NCBI GenBank assembly: GCA_028066355.1
Contig: JALCBP010000003.1
Location: 69,746-133,745, forward strand
Origin: Pirellulales bacterium
Lineage (GTDB): Bacteria > Planctomycetota > Planctomycetia > Pirellulales > UBA1268
Length of the DNA: 64,000 nucleotides
Direction: 5' to 3'
The notes below the pieces were generated by a model that worked only from the letters and a program-made list of their open reading frames with translations, did no database searches and was not told the DNA's origin. Below are positions 10,077 to 19,098 of the stretch, piece by piece. The translations under genes and the position numbers were made by a program. Numbering within the stretch: the first letter of the stretch is position 1; every line of letters begins with the position of its first letter.

Positions 10077-10293
10077 TTACTAAGCAGCACTATTTCAGTT
10101 TTTTCACGCGCATGAAAGATGGATTTCATCCACGTGACGGATTTTTGAATAGAGGGAGTTTCCTGCGAGAAACTGCTTACTGTTGGAACAGAATGACTTC
10201 CGTGCCATATTGTATTTACGTGATAGACAATTATGGCTGAGGTGCTCCAGCTTCGGTCAGGTCCTTAATATTCGATTGTCAGAGAAGGCAGCC

Positions 10294-11478
10294 ATGAAAA
10301 TCCATGAATTTCAAGCGAAAGAACTCTTGCGGGCCGCGGGTGTGCCGGTCTTGAAAGGAAAGGTTGTCCACACTCCCGAGGCAGCAGCAGATGCATTTGA
10401 GTCCCTTGGTAGTCCAGTCTGTGCGGTGAAAGCTCAAATTCATGCAGGCGGCCGTGGGAAGGGGTACGTAGAGGGGTCGGAACAACGAGGTGTTGAACTG
10501 GCCAAGTCAGCAGATGATGCTTCTCGAATTGCAAAGGCTCTTCTCAACAAAACACTTGTGACTATTCAAACGGGGCCGGAGGGCCAGCTTGTCAGACAGG
10601 TATTCGTTGAAAGTGGCTGTGATATTCAGCAAGAACTTTACTGTGCCATTCTTGTAGATCGAGCGGCGGGATCCCCCGTTCTCATCGCCAGTACTGCTGG
10701 TGGAATGGATATTGAAGAAGTAGCAGAGAAGACACCAGAGTTGATTCTTTCAGAACCATTTGATCCGGATCGCGGACTTGGTGCCTATCAGGCTCGTCTC
10801 ATGGCGTCGAAACTTGGCCTACCAACAGCGAGTTGGCGATATGCAGTGCAATTTTTTCAGTCTCTGTGTAACGCGTTTGTTGCACTCGACGCATCATTAT
10901 TGGAAATCAATCCATTCGTGCTCACTGGAGATGGAACGCTGGTAGCTCTCGATGCAAAAATGACATTTGATGACAACGCCATATTTCGTCACAAAGATGT
11001 CCTCGCACTCCGTGATGAATCTGAAGAAGAACCAGCAGAAATACGAGCAGATGCTGCAGGATTATCTTATGTAAAACTCAGTGGAGAAATAGGCTGTCTT
11101 GTGAATGGTGCTGGTCTCGCTATGAGTACTATGGACCTTGTTAAGTTTCATGGTGGTGAGCCAGCGAATTTCCTTGATGTTGGAGGCGGAGCAAATGTTG
11201 AACAGGTCACCGAGGCTTTTCAGATAATTCTTTCAGATAGCAATGTGAAGGCAATATTAGTCAACATTTTTGGGGGCATCATGAGATGTACAACAATCGC
11301 AAACGCCCTCGTAGAAGCATCCAAAACGATAGGATTCACCGTCCCTCTTGTGGTCCGGCTGGAAGGCACTGAAGTTGAAGAAGGAAAAAAGATTCTTGCC
11401 GCGAGCGGCACCTCAATCATCACAGCAGATGGGCTTACCGATGCTGCTCAAAAAGTGGTTGATTCAATTAAAGCGTAA
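10294..11478 (+). CDS. sucC: Succinyl-CoA synthetase beta subunit
   Basis: [12 protein letters not shown] is the canonical N-terminus (ATG at 10294, purine-rich AGAGAAGG just upstream). The listed ORF start at 10183 is a TTG that adds a non-homologous 37 aa. NIFGGIMRC and LEGT are present. Confidence 0.93.
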   Translation: MKIHEFQAKELLRAAGVPVLKGKVVHTPEAAADAFESLGSPVCAVKAQIHAGGRGKGYVEGSEQRGVELAKSADDASRIAKALLNKTLVTIQTGPEGQLVRQVFVESGCDIQQELYCAILVDRAAGSPVLIASTAGGMDIEEVAEKTPELILSEPFDPDRGLGAYQARLMASKLGLPTASWRYAVQFFQSLCNAFVALDASLLEINPFVLTGDGTLVALDAKMTFDDNAIFRHKDVLALRDESEEEPAEIRADAAGLSYVKLSGEIGCLVNGAGLAMSTMDLVKFHGGEPANFLDVGGGANVEQVTEAFQIILSDSNVKAILVNIFGGIMRCTTIANALVEASKTIGFTVPLVVRLEGTEVEEGKKILAASGTSIITADGLTDAAQKVVDSIKA

Positions 11479-11524
11479 GCACTGTTTTTAATCATTGTAC
11501 CTCTCTAGCTAATAGCAAATTTTT

Positions 11525-12403
11525 ATGAGCATTCTTGTTAATCGTGATACACGTGTCATCTGCCAGGGAATCACAGGAAAAGTTGGTGAATTTCATACCC
11601 GAGGTTGCCTAGAGTATGGAACGAGAATGGTCGGTGGTGTTACTCCGGGTAAAGGAGGGGAAACGATTGCCGATCTTCCGGTGTTTAACACGGTTGCGGA
11701 GGCTCGTGACGCAACAGGTGCGAACGCAACCATGATTTTTGTTCCACCACCATTTGCAGCAGATGCGATTCTTGAGGCAGTTGCTGCTGAAATCGAACTC
11801 GTCATAGCAGTTACCGAAGGCATACCTGTGCTCGATATGGCACGAGTTTTACCAGTTCTTGAAAATTCTAAAAGTCGACTTATCGGTCCAAACTGTCCAG
11901 GAGTTATTACTCCTGGACAATGTAAGATTGGAATTATGCCAGGTTATATCCATGCACCGGGTAACGTTGGCGTGATGAGTCGTTCCGGTACGCTTACGTA
12001 TGAAGCAGTGTGGCAACTTACACAACTTGGTCACGGACAGAGTACGTGTGTTGGCCTTGGTGGTGATCCTTTGGTCGGATCAAGCTTTATAGATATCTTG
12101 GCACTCTTTGAACAAGATGATGATACGCATGCTATTTTGATGATGGGTGAGATAGGCGGCTCAGCTGAAGAAGAAGCTGCGGCGTACGTAAAAGAACATG
12201 TCACAAAGCCTGTCGCAGCCTTTATAGCTGGTCGTACAGCTCCTCCTGGGAAACGTATGGGGCATGCTGGTGCGATTATTTCGGGAGGTAAGGGTACCGC
12301 AGAGGCCAAGTTAGAAGCACTTCGAGATGCTGGAATTGAGATTGCAGAGACTCCAGCTGATATGGGGGCAGCAATGGTTCGTGCAATGCAGCCAAAATCT
12401 TGA
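11525..12403 (+). CDS. sucD: Succinyl-CoA synthetase alpha subunit
   Basis: 292 aa. [23 protein letters not shown] and the phosphohistidine loop [15 protein letters not shown]. Confidence 0.95.
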   Translation: MSILVNRDTRVICQGITGKVGEFHTRGCLEYGTRMVGGVTPGKGGETIADLPVFNTVAEARDATGANATMIFVPPPFAADAILEAVAAEIELVIAVTEGIPVLDMARVLPVLENSKSRLIGPNCPGVITPGQCKIGIMPGYIHAPGNVGVMSRSGTLTYEAVWQLTQLGHGQSTCVGLGGDPLVGSSFIDILALFEQDDDTHAILMMGEIGGSAEEEAAAYVKEHVTKPVAAFIAGRTAPPGKRMGHAGAIISGGKGTAEAKLEALRDAGIEIAETPADMGAAMVRAMQPKS

Positions 12404-12516
12404 TCGGACACCGATCACAAATATTCTGTAATCAGCATGCAGCCCTTGCAATCATTCTGAAAACTTCCATACCGCGATAGCTTCGGGAACCCGGTCATCA
12501 ATATGTTGTGACCCAT

Positions 12517-13455
12517 CTATTCTGCTGAGTCAGTTGGGGCTGCATCAAGATTTACAGGATCCACTTCTGTACTTTCAACTGGATAAAGATCTTCCCAAGT
12601 CGATTGATTCACGCGCCATCGCCACCAATTATTTTCTTTATATCTTTCCAGCAGACCAACAAATCGGTTCAGATCATTGTCTTCCGGGGGGGCAATAAGT
12701 GCATTTTCCGTGAACTGGCGATCTTTATTCACGTCAAGATATACCAATTCATTGTCATCGCGTTGTTTATTGTTGTTTAAATCGACAAATGGTTCACTCC
12801 AAATATTTGGTGGTGGCGGAACAAAAGGGGAAGGAGTTTGCCCTGCTGGCAGGTCTTTTGGTTCAGGTGGAAGTGGTTTCTCAGGGTATTGTGGAGTGCC
12901 ATTTTCACTGCTAACGGTCGGCCAAACTTCTCCGTTGAGTAGCAGATTTCGTTTTTCACTATCGGGCTCAATAATGCGTGCGAAGGTTCGTAATAACGGC
13001 GTACCCAAATCGAGTTGGAGTTCCGAGTGGTTTATTTCATAACTTTCCGGAAGTGGCATGAGTGAGAGAGCGATAAGAATACCTCCTGAAGCGATGTAGC
13101 CTGCAGCCCCACCAACAAAAGCGCCACCAATTTTGTCAATCATCGAAAGAAGAGGAATCGATTCACTAGAGATATATTTTTCGACGAGCATGTGAACACC
13201 AACAGTTGTTCCTATCAACAGAATTAATACAGCGATGGGAAACGCGTAGCTAGGAGGCATATCAACGGCAATGAGAACTTCTGTAATCATTGGGGTGAAA
13301 GTTAATGTCACGACAAAGGATACGACAGCCTGCATTCCAGCAAGTACTGATCGAAACATTCCATGCATAAACCCATACGCAATAAAGCCAAGCACAATGG
13401 CAACGGCAAGGAGACTAGCCAACGTTTGAAAAATTCCGGCCAAAGGTAGCATCAT
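12517..13455 (-). CDS. CvpA-like polytopic membrane protein with Pro-rich C-terminal domain
   Basis: The N-terminal ~150 aa hold 4-5 hydrophobic segments, with GF.HG..R and IDKIGGAFVGGAAGYIASGGILIAL resembling the colicin-V-production (CvpA) family. The C-terminal half is soluble and Pro-rich. The gene starts 41 nt downstream of the GspE-like gene. Confidence 0.55.
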   Translation of the reverse strand: MMLPLAGIFQTLASLLAVAIVLGFIAYGFMHGMFRSVLAGMQAVVSFVVTLTFTPMITEVLIAVDMPPSYAFPIAVLILLIGTTVGVHMLVEKYISSESIPLLSMIDKIGGAFVGGAAGYIASGGILIALSLMPLPESYEINHSELQLDLGTPLLRTFARIIEPDSEKRNLLLNGEVWPTVSSENGTPQYPEKPLPPEPKDLPAGQTPSPFVPPPPNIWSEPFVDLNNNKQRDDNELVYLDVNKDRQFTENALIAPPEDNDLNRFVGLLERYKENNWWRWRVNQSTWEDLYPVESTEVDPVNLDAAPTDSAE

Positions 13456-13496
13456 TCGACTTTCTTACGTAATGAAACTTTCATACTGGTGTGACG

Positions 13497-15137
13497 TTAT
13501 TTTGCGACCCGCATAACCTCATTGAGACTTGTAATTCCAGCAACCACTTTTCGAATTCCAGACTGCTTGAGCGTTTTCATTCCAGATTTCCGTCCAGCTT
13601 GTCGTATTTCCTGAATTGATGGTCGACCCACTAACAAGTCTCGTATGTTGGAATCGAAGACAAGCAATTCATGAATTCCGGTACGGCCTCGGTATCCTGT
13701 ATCCAGACATGATGTGCATCCAACCTCCTTATAAAGCGATACTTGCTTTCCAGGAGGAAGACCAAGTTTTTGCAAAAATTCAGTGGGAGGGGTGTATGCT
13801 TCTTTACACCTTTTACAGAGTACTCGTAGAAGACGCTGTGCGAGTACAGCTGAAACTGACGACTGTATCAGTGTTGTATCTATTCCGATATCAAGAAGCC
13901 GAGTGATTGTCGTAGCTGAGTCGTTCGCGTGCAGGGTTGAAAAAACAAAATGTCCAGTCAGTGCAGCCTGCATGGCAATTTCAGCAGTTTCTTTATCTCG
14001 AATTTCTCCGACAAGAATAACATCCGGATCTTGCCTCAGAGTGGACCGAAGAATATTGGCAAATGTGAGTTCTGCAGCAACATTGACAGCAGTCTGAGAG
14101 ATGTTATCGAGTCGATATTCAATCGGATCCTCAATGGTGACAATATTTTTTGAAAAGACATCAAGTTCACCTAATGCCGTGTAGAGGGTCGTCGTTTTGC
14201 CTGATCCTGTAGGGCCACAAACGAGCATCATGCCATGGGGTTGGTGAATAATCTGACGCATTTTCTTTGTGACAGACTCACTCATGCCGATGCCTTCGAG
14301 ACCGTTTTTTACGATACCGCCATCCGAATCGAGGAGCCGCAGAGCCATTTTTTCACCAAAGTTTGTCGGGCCCGAGGCTGCCCGGATGTCGAATTTGCGG
14401 CCTTCGAAGAGGACTGCAAATGTGCCGTCCTGTGGACGTCGTCGCTCGGCGATATCCATATCAGAGAGCACTTTCAGAGCAGAAATCGAAGACTTCCCTT
14501 CTGCAGCCCAGAGTGTCGTGAGATTCTGCATGACACCGTCAACTCGACAACGCACAGCCATCTCCTCACCACTTTTTGGTTCAAAGTGTATGTCAGTGGC
14601 TCCGTTCTTAATTGCCTTTTCAAACAAGTCCTGGACAACACGAACAGCTTTCGATGCAGCCCGATCCATTCCTTTTCCCTGCCCCTCAATTGGTGAACCA
14701 TCTTTTTTCAAGAGGACAACAGAACTGTCTTGCTTGCTGGAAGAAAGTTGTTTCATTGATCTGTCGAGGAGAGACTCAACGTCATCAATCCCTAGGCTTT
14801 GAGCAAGCTTGATCAAAACCTTTTTCAAAAAGGCAACACACAAGATACGTTCTTGCGCCGGTGCCTTCTTGTCTCTTGTAAAGGTGTAGAAAAAGAGAGC
14901 AGCAATAAATCCAACAGCAAAAACAGGAGTTGCGGAAAGCCCCCACATAACAGTTACTAGGAAAAAGACAGCACCAAAACAGACAGAAGCTAATGGCCAC
15001 GACGACTCACCAAAAATCAGCTCAGAGTCAGAGGCTATCCATACAGAGGCAGATGCCCATATGACGCTGAGCAAAACCCATAGGCCACCAAGCCAGAAGA
15101 TGCGGGTCAGGTTATCCGGGTTAATCCAAAAATCCAT
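13497..15137 (-). CDS. GspE/PilB-family secretion ATPase with N-terminal transmembrane anchor
   Basis: Walker A VCGPTGSGKTTTLY, GEIRD, STLHAN, and the tetracysteine CKRC...CTSC typical of GspE/PilB. Residues 1-90 form three hydrophobic helices instead of the usual soluble N1 domain. Confidence 0.85.
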   Translation of the reverse strand: MDFWINPDNLTRIFWLGGLWVLLSVIWASASVWIASDSELIFGESSWPLASVCFGAVFFLVTVMWGLSATPVFAVGFIAALFFYTFTRDKKAPAQERILCVAFLKKVLIKLAQSLGIDDVESLLDRSMKQLSSSKQDSSVVLLKKDGSPIEGQGKGMDRAASKAVRVVQDLFEKAIKNGATDIHFEPKSGEEMAVRCRVDGVMQNLTTLWAAEGKSSISALKVLSDMDIAERRRPQDGTFAVLFEGRKFDIRAASGPTNFGEKMALRLLDSDGGIVKNGLEGIGMSESVTKKMRQIIHQPHGMMLVCGPTGSGKTTTLYTALGELDVFSKNIVTIEDPIEYRLDNISQTAVNVAAELTFANILRSTLRQDPDVILVGEIRDKETAEIAMQAALTGHFVFSTLHANDSATTITRLLDIGIDTTLIQSSVSAVLAQRLLRVLCKRCKEAYTPPTEFLQKLGLPPGKQVSLYKEVGCTSCLDTGYRGRTGIHELLVFDSNIRDLLVGRPSIQEIRQAGRKSGMKTLKQSGIRKVVAGITSLNEVMRVAK

Positions 15138-15620
15138 TATGATTTTTCTAAGGGCATGTTAAGAAAAAAGTACTACGCATTTGAATGTGTAAATGAGTTG
15201 TTGAACCATGCACTACTTGGTGTTATTGAAAATGTATTGCAATGTCGTTTTGATTCATACCATAAATTATTCGGTAAAAGTCTGGAATGAACGTTCTCAC
15301 CCAACCAACAAAATAGTAGATTCGATATATTGTCAATACAACCTTCAAGAAACCTTCGATTGTGAAAAGAATAATTCTATTGTAGTAAACCACGACTACC
15401 TACGTGTTGACCGCCTTTTCTGATCGTGGATGTTTCTATGTAGCAGCCATGCATGTTGATGAGTTTTTAACTAGCACCCGACCAAAGTAAGATAATAATA
15501 GAGTCACAAAAGAGTGAACATTCCACTACACCGAATGAGAACTCATTGAAAACGACACTTTCGTTCCTCGGCGACTTTTTGTCGCGTAATTGCCCCATGA
15601 TATTCTGTTAAAAAACGTTG

Positions 15621-16310
15621 TCACGCATTGTGCCGTTTTTTGATTTCGAGCAGGACGCTTTGAGTATCTTTGCCAGGAATTGGCCAGTCCGCTATGCGAC
15701 GCGCGGTCACTTTTTTTAGAAAACCTCGGTGGCGAGAGTCTCGTTTCTCGGCTTCCCATCGTGGCCCCTTGATTAGCAGAAGTCGTCCATAGACGCTACT
15801 GATCGGTTCAAACCAAGCAAGTAGTTTTGGGAGTGGAGCAACAGCTCGAATGATGAGTGTGTCAAATGGATGGCCCTGGCTGTTCATGTCGTGAGCAATC
15901 TGCTGAGCTGGTTGATGGTGAATCGTCAGAGACAGCTTGATTTCATCAAGAATAGACCTTAGTGCTGCTATTCGTTTTGATGAAGTATCTGATAATTCAA
16001 CTGTGAGATCACGACGCAGGATAGCCAATACGACACCCGGCACGCCGCCTCCTGTTCCGACGTCAAGAACCCGTTCGTTGGTCTTCATGAATGGGCATAT
16101 GGCAGCAGTATCAATCACATCTCGCTGAACAAATTGTTGTACGTCAGTATGCCTGGTGAGATTAAGTCGATCATTCCACGACCATAAGCTTTTGGCATAG
16201 GCAGCCAGTTCAGGAATGACATCTTCGGGTAAGGTAAGGCTGAGTTGTTGTGCCTCTTTGCTTATTGCCTCAGCAAGAAAATTTGTTGATGGATTATGAT
16301 GTATTTGCAT
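15621..16310 (-). CDS. rsmG: 16S rRNA (guanine527-N7)-methyltransferase RsmG
   Basis: 229 aa. WNDRLNLTRHTD....VLDVGTGGGVPGVVLAI is the GidB/RsmG signature. Confidence 0.85.
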   Translation of the reverse strand: MQIHHNPSTNFLAEAISKEAQQLSLTLPEDVIPELAAYAKSLWSWNDRLNLTRHTDVQQFVQRDVIDTAAICPFMKTNERVLDVGTGGGVPGVVLAILRRDLTVELSDTSSKRIAALRSILDEIKLSLTIHHQPAQQIAHDMNSQGHPFDTLIIRAVAPLPKLLAWFEPISSVYGRLLLIKGPRWEAEKRDSRHRGFLKKVTARRIADWPIPGKDTQSVLLEIKKRHNA

Positions 16311-16408
16311 GAAGTTTCAACATCATTGAACTACAATACAGAGACAGATTAGTGAGAGCATCCGAACAAATTTCAAGAAGTGCTCATTCAAGTAATCCAG
16401 TGACGTAT

Positions 16409-18184
16409 TTATTGAGCGATAATTCTTCGAGCGACAGGCTGAGAGATAACAGGGCTTAAAGTCTTACGGATCTCACTGAGTGCTGTGGCAAGTGTTGCAT
16501 CATTATTAATCATTTGACCGGAGGCATCTGGGCGAGCGGTCTGTTGTACCCAGAGATCCGGTGAGACGCCGACTCGACTATATGGCTGGCCAGTTGGTGA
16601 ATAAAAATGAGCAGTTGTTAATCGCATGCCAACGCCAGCTGCATCCATTGGGAAAATCCCTTGAATCGACCCTTTTCCATAGCTCTGGACACCAATAATT
16701 TTGCCACGATTATGGTCTTTTATAGCGCCAGCAAAAATTTCACTCGAACTTGCGGAATCACTATCAATGAGAAGGGTAATTGGCATATGCCAAGTGCCAG
16801 CGTGACTCGCAGTGTAGTTGAAATCTTCTTCAGGACTGCGGCCTCGCGTCGCTACAACGAGGCCACGGTCAATAAATAAATCAGACACATCAACGGCTGC
16901 GGATAGAAGTCCACCTGGATTCCCTCGAAGATCAATAATGAGAGATCGCATCCCGGCGGCATCAAGTTGACGCATTGCGGCATCTAGGTCAGAAGCAGTT
17001 TTTTTCTGAAAGGAAGTAATGTGGAGATAGCCAATCCCATTCACACGATCGAGTAATTCAACATTTTCGATACTTGGGATTTCAACATGTTCTCGTCGAA
17101 CTGTCATAGCACGTGCTGGCCCAACTCCTCGTAGTACAGCAAGTGTCACACGTGAACCTTCGGGTCCTTGCAGTAATTGTGCTGCCGCGTCAACATGCAT
17201 GCCAGCAATAGGTTTTCCGGCGATCCCAATCAGGTGATCTCCTGCTTTAAGTCCCGAGCGTTCGGCAGGACTACCAGAAATGACATGTACTACTAACAGA
17301 CCGTCTTCAGCGCTTTTTAACTCAACTCCAAGGCCAACAAAGTTGCCCTCGATTTGAGCGTAGAGGTCATTGAGCTGGCCTGTTGTCAGGAATGCAGAAT
17401 ACTCATCAAGGCCACCAACAGATGCGGCAGTCATTTCAAGAAAAGTGACAGCAGGGCGAACACCAACCACGGATTGGGCGGCACGAGCAATCCAGATTGC
17501 AACAGTCTCAGCGTCCGAAAGGCTCCCAATACTCCGACCTTCAAGGATATGTTGTATATGCTGTTGCAATAACGCAACACGATCTGGTGTTGCCTGCCGA
17601 GCATGCATGGACTGAAATTGGGGATCACTCACTGCAACGTGAAGAGCCAAACAGCCACGGCTGATGAGTTTATTTAAATCTGGATTGGTAACGTGATGCG
17701 AGTTGATACGTTCCAGACACTCTACAAAAAGTTGCCTTGCTTCCCTTTCCGTAATGTGACCCAGAGCTTCTTGATAGGCTTTTTCAGCTGAGCGACGATC
17801 AAGGTCGCAATGAATCTTTGCTAAATCATATCTATGATAAAGCTCATTCGACAATTCACCCTTACGAGCGGCTGTCTCACAAAGACTGACTAACTCTGGC
17901 CATTGACCAGCAGCCTCAAGCTTTGTTGATCGAACAGCTAGATCATCAACAGTACTATCACCAGCGCTTGTGAGGTTGACTGGTTGAATGGCAAGCAATC
18001 CACCCAGCAGAACAATAAAAAAAGTGTTCAGAATGGAAGTCCACTGTGGACGAATGCGACATCGATGAGCGGTCATTTTCGACATGTGGAGAGGGGTGGT
18101 AGCACGCACAGGCAATCCGTTTTCTAGCCGGCAATCAGAGGTGAACAGCGGTCGATCCCGTGACCGCATAAGATTATGGATCAC
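16409..18184 (-). CDS. S41-family C-terminal processing peptidase with PDZ domain
   Basis: PDZ (SPAERSGLKAGDHLIGIAGKP), DLRGNPGGLL, catalytic Ser block DSASSSEIFAGAIKD and Lys block YGKGSIQ. The true start may be internal (MSKMTAHR..., about 18085), just ahead of the membrane anchor. Confidence 0.85.
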   Translation of the reverse strand: MIHNLMRSRDRPLFTSDCRLENGLPVRATTPLHMSKMTAHRCRIRPQWTSILNTFFIVLLGGLLAIQPVNLTSAGDSTVDDLAVRSTKLEAAGQWPELVSLCETAARKGELSNELYHRYDLAKIHCDLDRRSAEKAYQEALGHITEREARQLFVECLERINSHHVTNPDLNKLISRGCLALHVAVSDPQFQSMHARQATPDRVALLQQHIQHILEGRSIGSLSDAETVAIWIARAAQSVVGVRPAVTFLEMTAASVGGLDEYSAFLTTGQLNDLYAQIEGNFVGLGVELKSAEDGLLVVHVISGSPAERSGLKAGDHLIGIAGKPIAGMHVDAAAQLLQGPEGSRVTLAVLRGVGPARAMTVRREHVEIPSIENVELLDRVNGIGYLHITSFQKKTASDLDAAMRQLDAAGMRSLIIDLRGNPGGLLSAAVDVSDLFIDRGLVVATRGRSPEEDFNYTASHAGTWHMPITLLIDSDSASSSEIFAGAIKDHNRGKIIGVQSYGKGSIQGIFPMDAAGVGMRLTTAHFYSPTGQPYSRVGVSPDLWVQQTARPDASGQMINNDATLATALSEIRKTLSPVISQPVARRIIAQ

Positions 18185-18222
18185 ATTTAGAGGCTGGTCA
18201 AAAACTAGCCGGCGCCAAACAG

Positions 18223-18248
18223 GAAAACCCGAGGGATACAGGCCCGTA
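18223..18248 (+). promoter_or_regulatory. Candidate ECF-type promoter (GAAAAC-N16-CGTA) upstream of the ECF sigma gene
   Basis: GAAAAC at 18223-18228, a 16-nt spacer, then CGTA at 18245-18248. This resembles the AAC-N16/17-CGT architecture of autoregulated ECF promoters. It lies ~100 nt upstream of the ATG at 18352. Pattern match only. Confidence 0.25.
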
Positions 18249-18351
18249 GTCTCGTTCTGATTGCTGTAATCCGTATTTTACAATCGATTTTCCCGATTAT
18301 GCTGCCACGTTGGTACGATAGAGAGTCCCATTATTTCCCTTGTAATGCCAA

Positions 18352-18999
18352 ATGACCATGTCCTCTGATTCAGCCGAACCGTCAGATCCCCCACCACAAA
18401 CGTTGATTCTCCTTGATCGCGTTCGACAGGGGGACACTGCGGCTGTGAACGGACTGCTTGAGAGGCACAGAGCGGCAATCCGCCGGATGATTGATCAGCG
18501 TCTCGATCGCGTTGTCCGCAAACGTGTTGATGCGAGTGACATTGTTCAAGATGTTCTCGTGGAGGCAAATCGAAGATTGGGAGACTATCTAACCAATCCC
18601 ACAATGCCATTTCAGTTATGGCTTCGGCATATGGCTCGCGATCGAGTTATTGATGCCCATCGAAGACATAGAGTGGCGGGTACGCGTAGTCTGGATAAGG
18701 AGGTATCGCTGGATTCGCCAGTGGATACAGATCATTCACAAACAAATCTAGCTCAGAAGATTGCGGATACAGAACTTACACCAGCCGCAGTCGCAACATG
18801 GCATGAACTTGAGCAACGTTTTGCGACCGCTGTGGAAAAGCTTGATGAAATAGATCGCCAGATTGTCTTGCTGCGACATTTTGAACACCTCTCCACGGGA
18901 GATGTGGCAGAGGTTCTAGGGCTTACAAAGCCAGCAGCAGGCATGAGATATATGAGAGCAATGCGACGACTCAGAGTGTTACTCGGTGATGCAAGCTGA
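18352..18999 (+). CDS. ECF-family RNA polymerase sigma factor
   Basis: 215 aa. Region 2 (DASDIVQDVLVEANRRL) and region 4 HTH (LSTGDVAEVLGLTKPAAGMRYMRAMRRLR). Confidence 0.85.
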   Translation: MTMSSDSAEPSDPPPQTLILLDRVRQGDTAAVNGLLERHRAAIRRMIDQRLDRVVRKRVDASDIVQDVLVEANRRLGDYLTNPTMPFQLWLRHMARDRVIDAHRRHRVAGTRSLDKEVSLDSPVDTDHSQTNLAQKIADTELTPAAVATWHELEQRFATAVEKLDEIDRQIVLLRHFEHLSTGDVAEVLGLTKPAAGMRYMRAMRRLRVLLGDAS

Positions 19000-19098
19000 C
19001 TTTGAAAACAAGATATCGTCAATTACATATGGAATGCCTACTATCCTTTTATTCATGTGAAAATTAACTTTGTATATCTATAAACAGCAAACAGCCTC

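Noticed and set aside
10183-10293. N-terminal 37-aa extension of sucC from a TTG start
   Set aside because: The canonical SucC N-terminus [12 protein letters not shown] begins at the ATG at 10294, which has a purine-rich stretch just upstream. The extension has no homologous character.
15208-15423. 71-aa ORF inside the AT-rich spacer
   Set aside because: Its composition is dominated by AT-rich codons (Asn/Ile/Lys/Tyr), with no ribosome-binding site or motif. It is more likely non-coding regulatory DNA.
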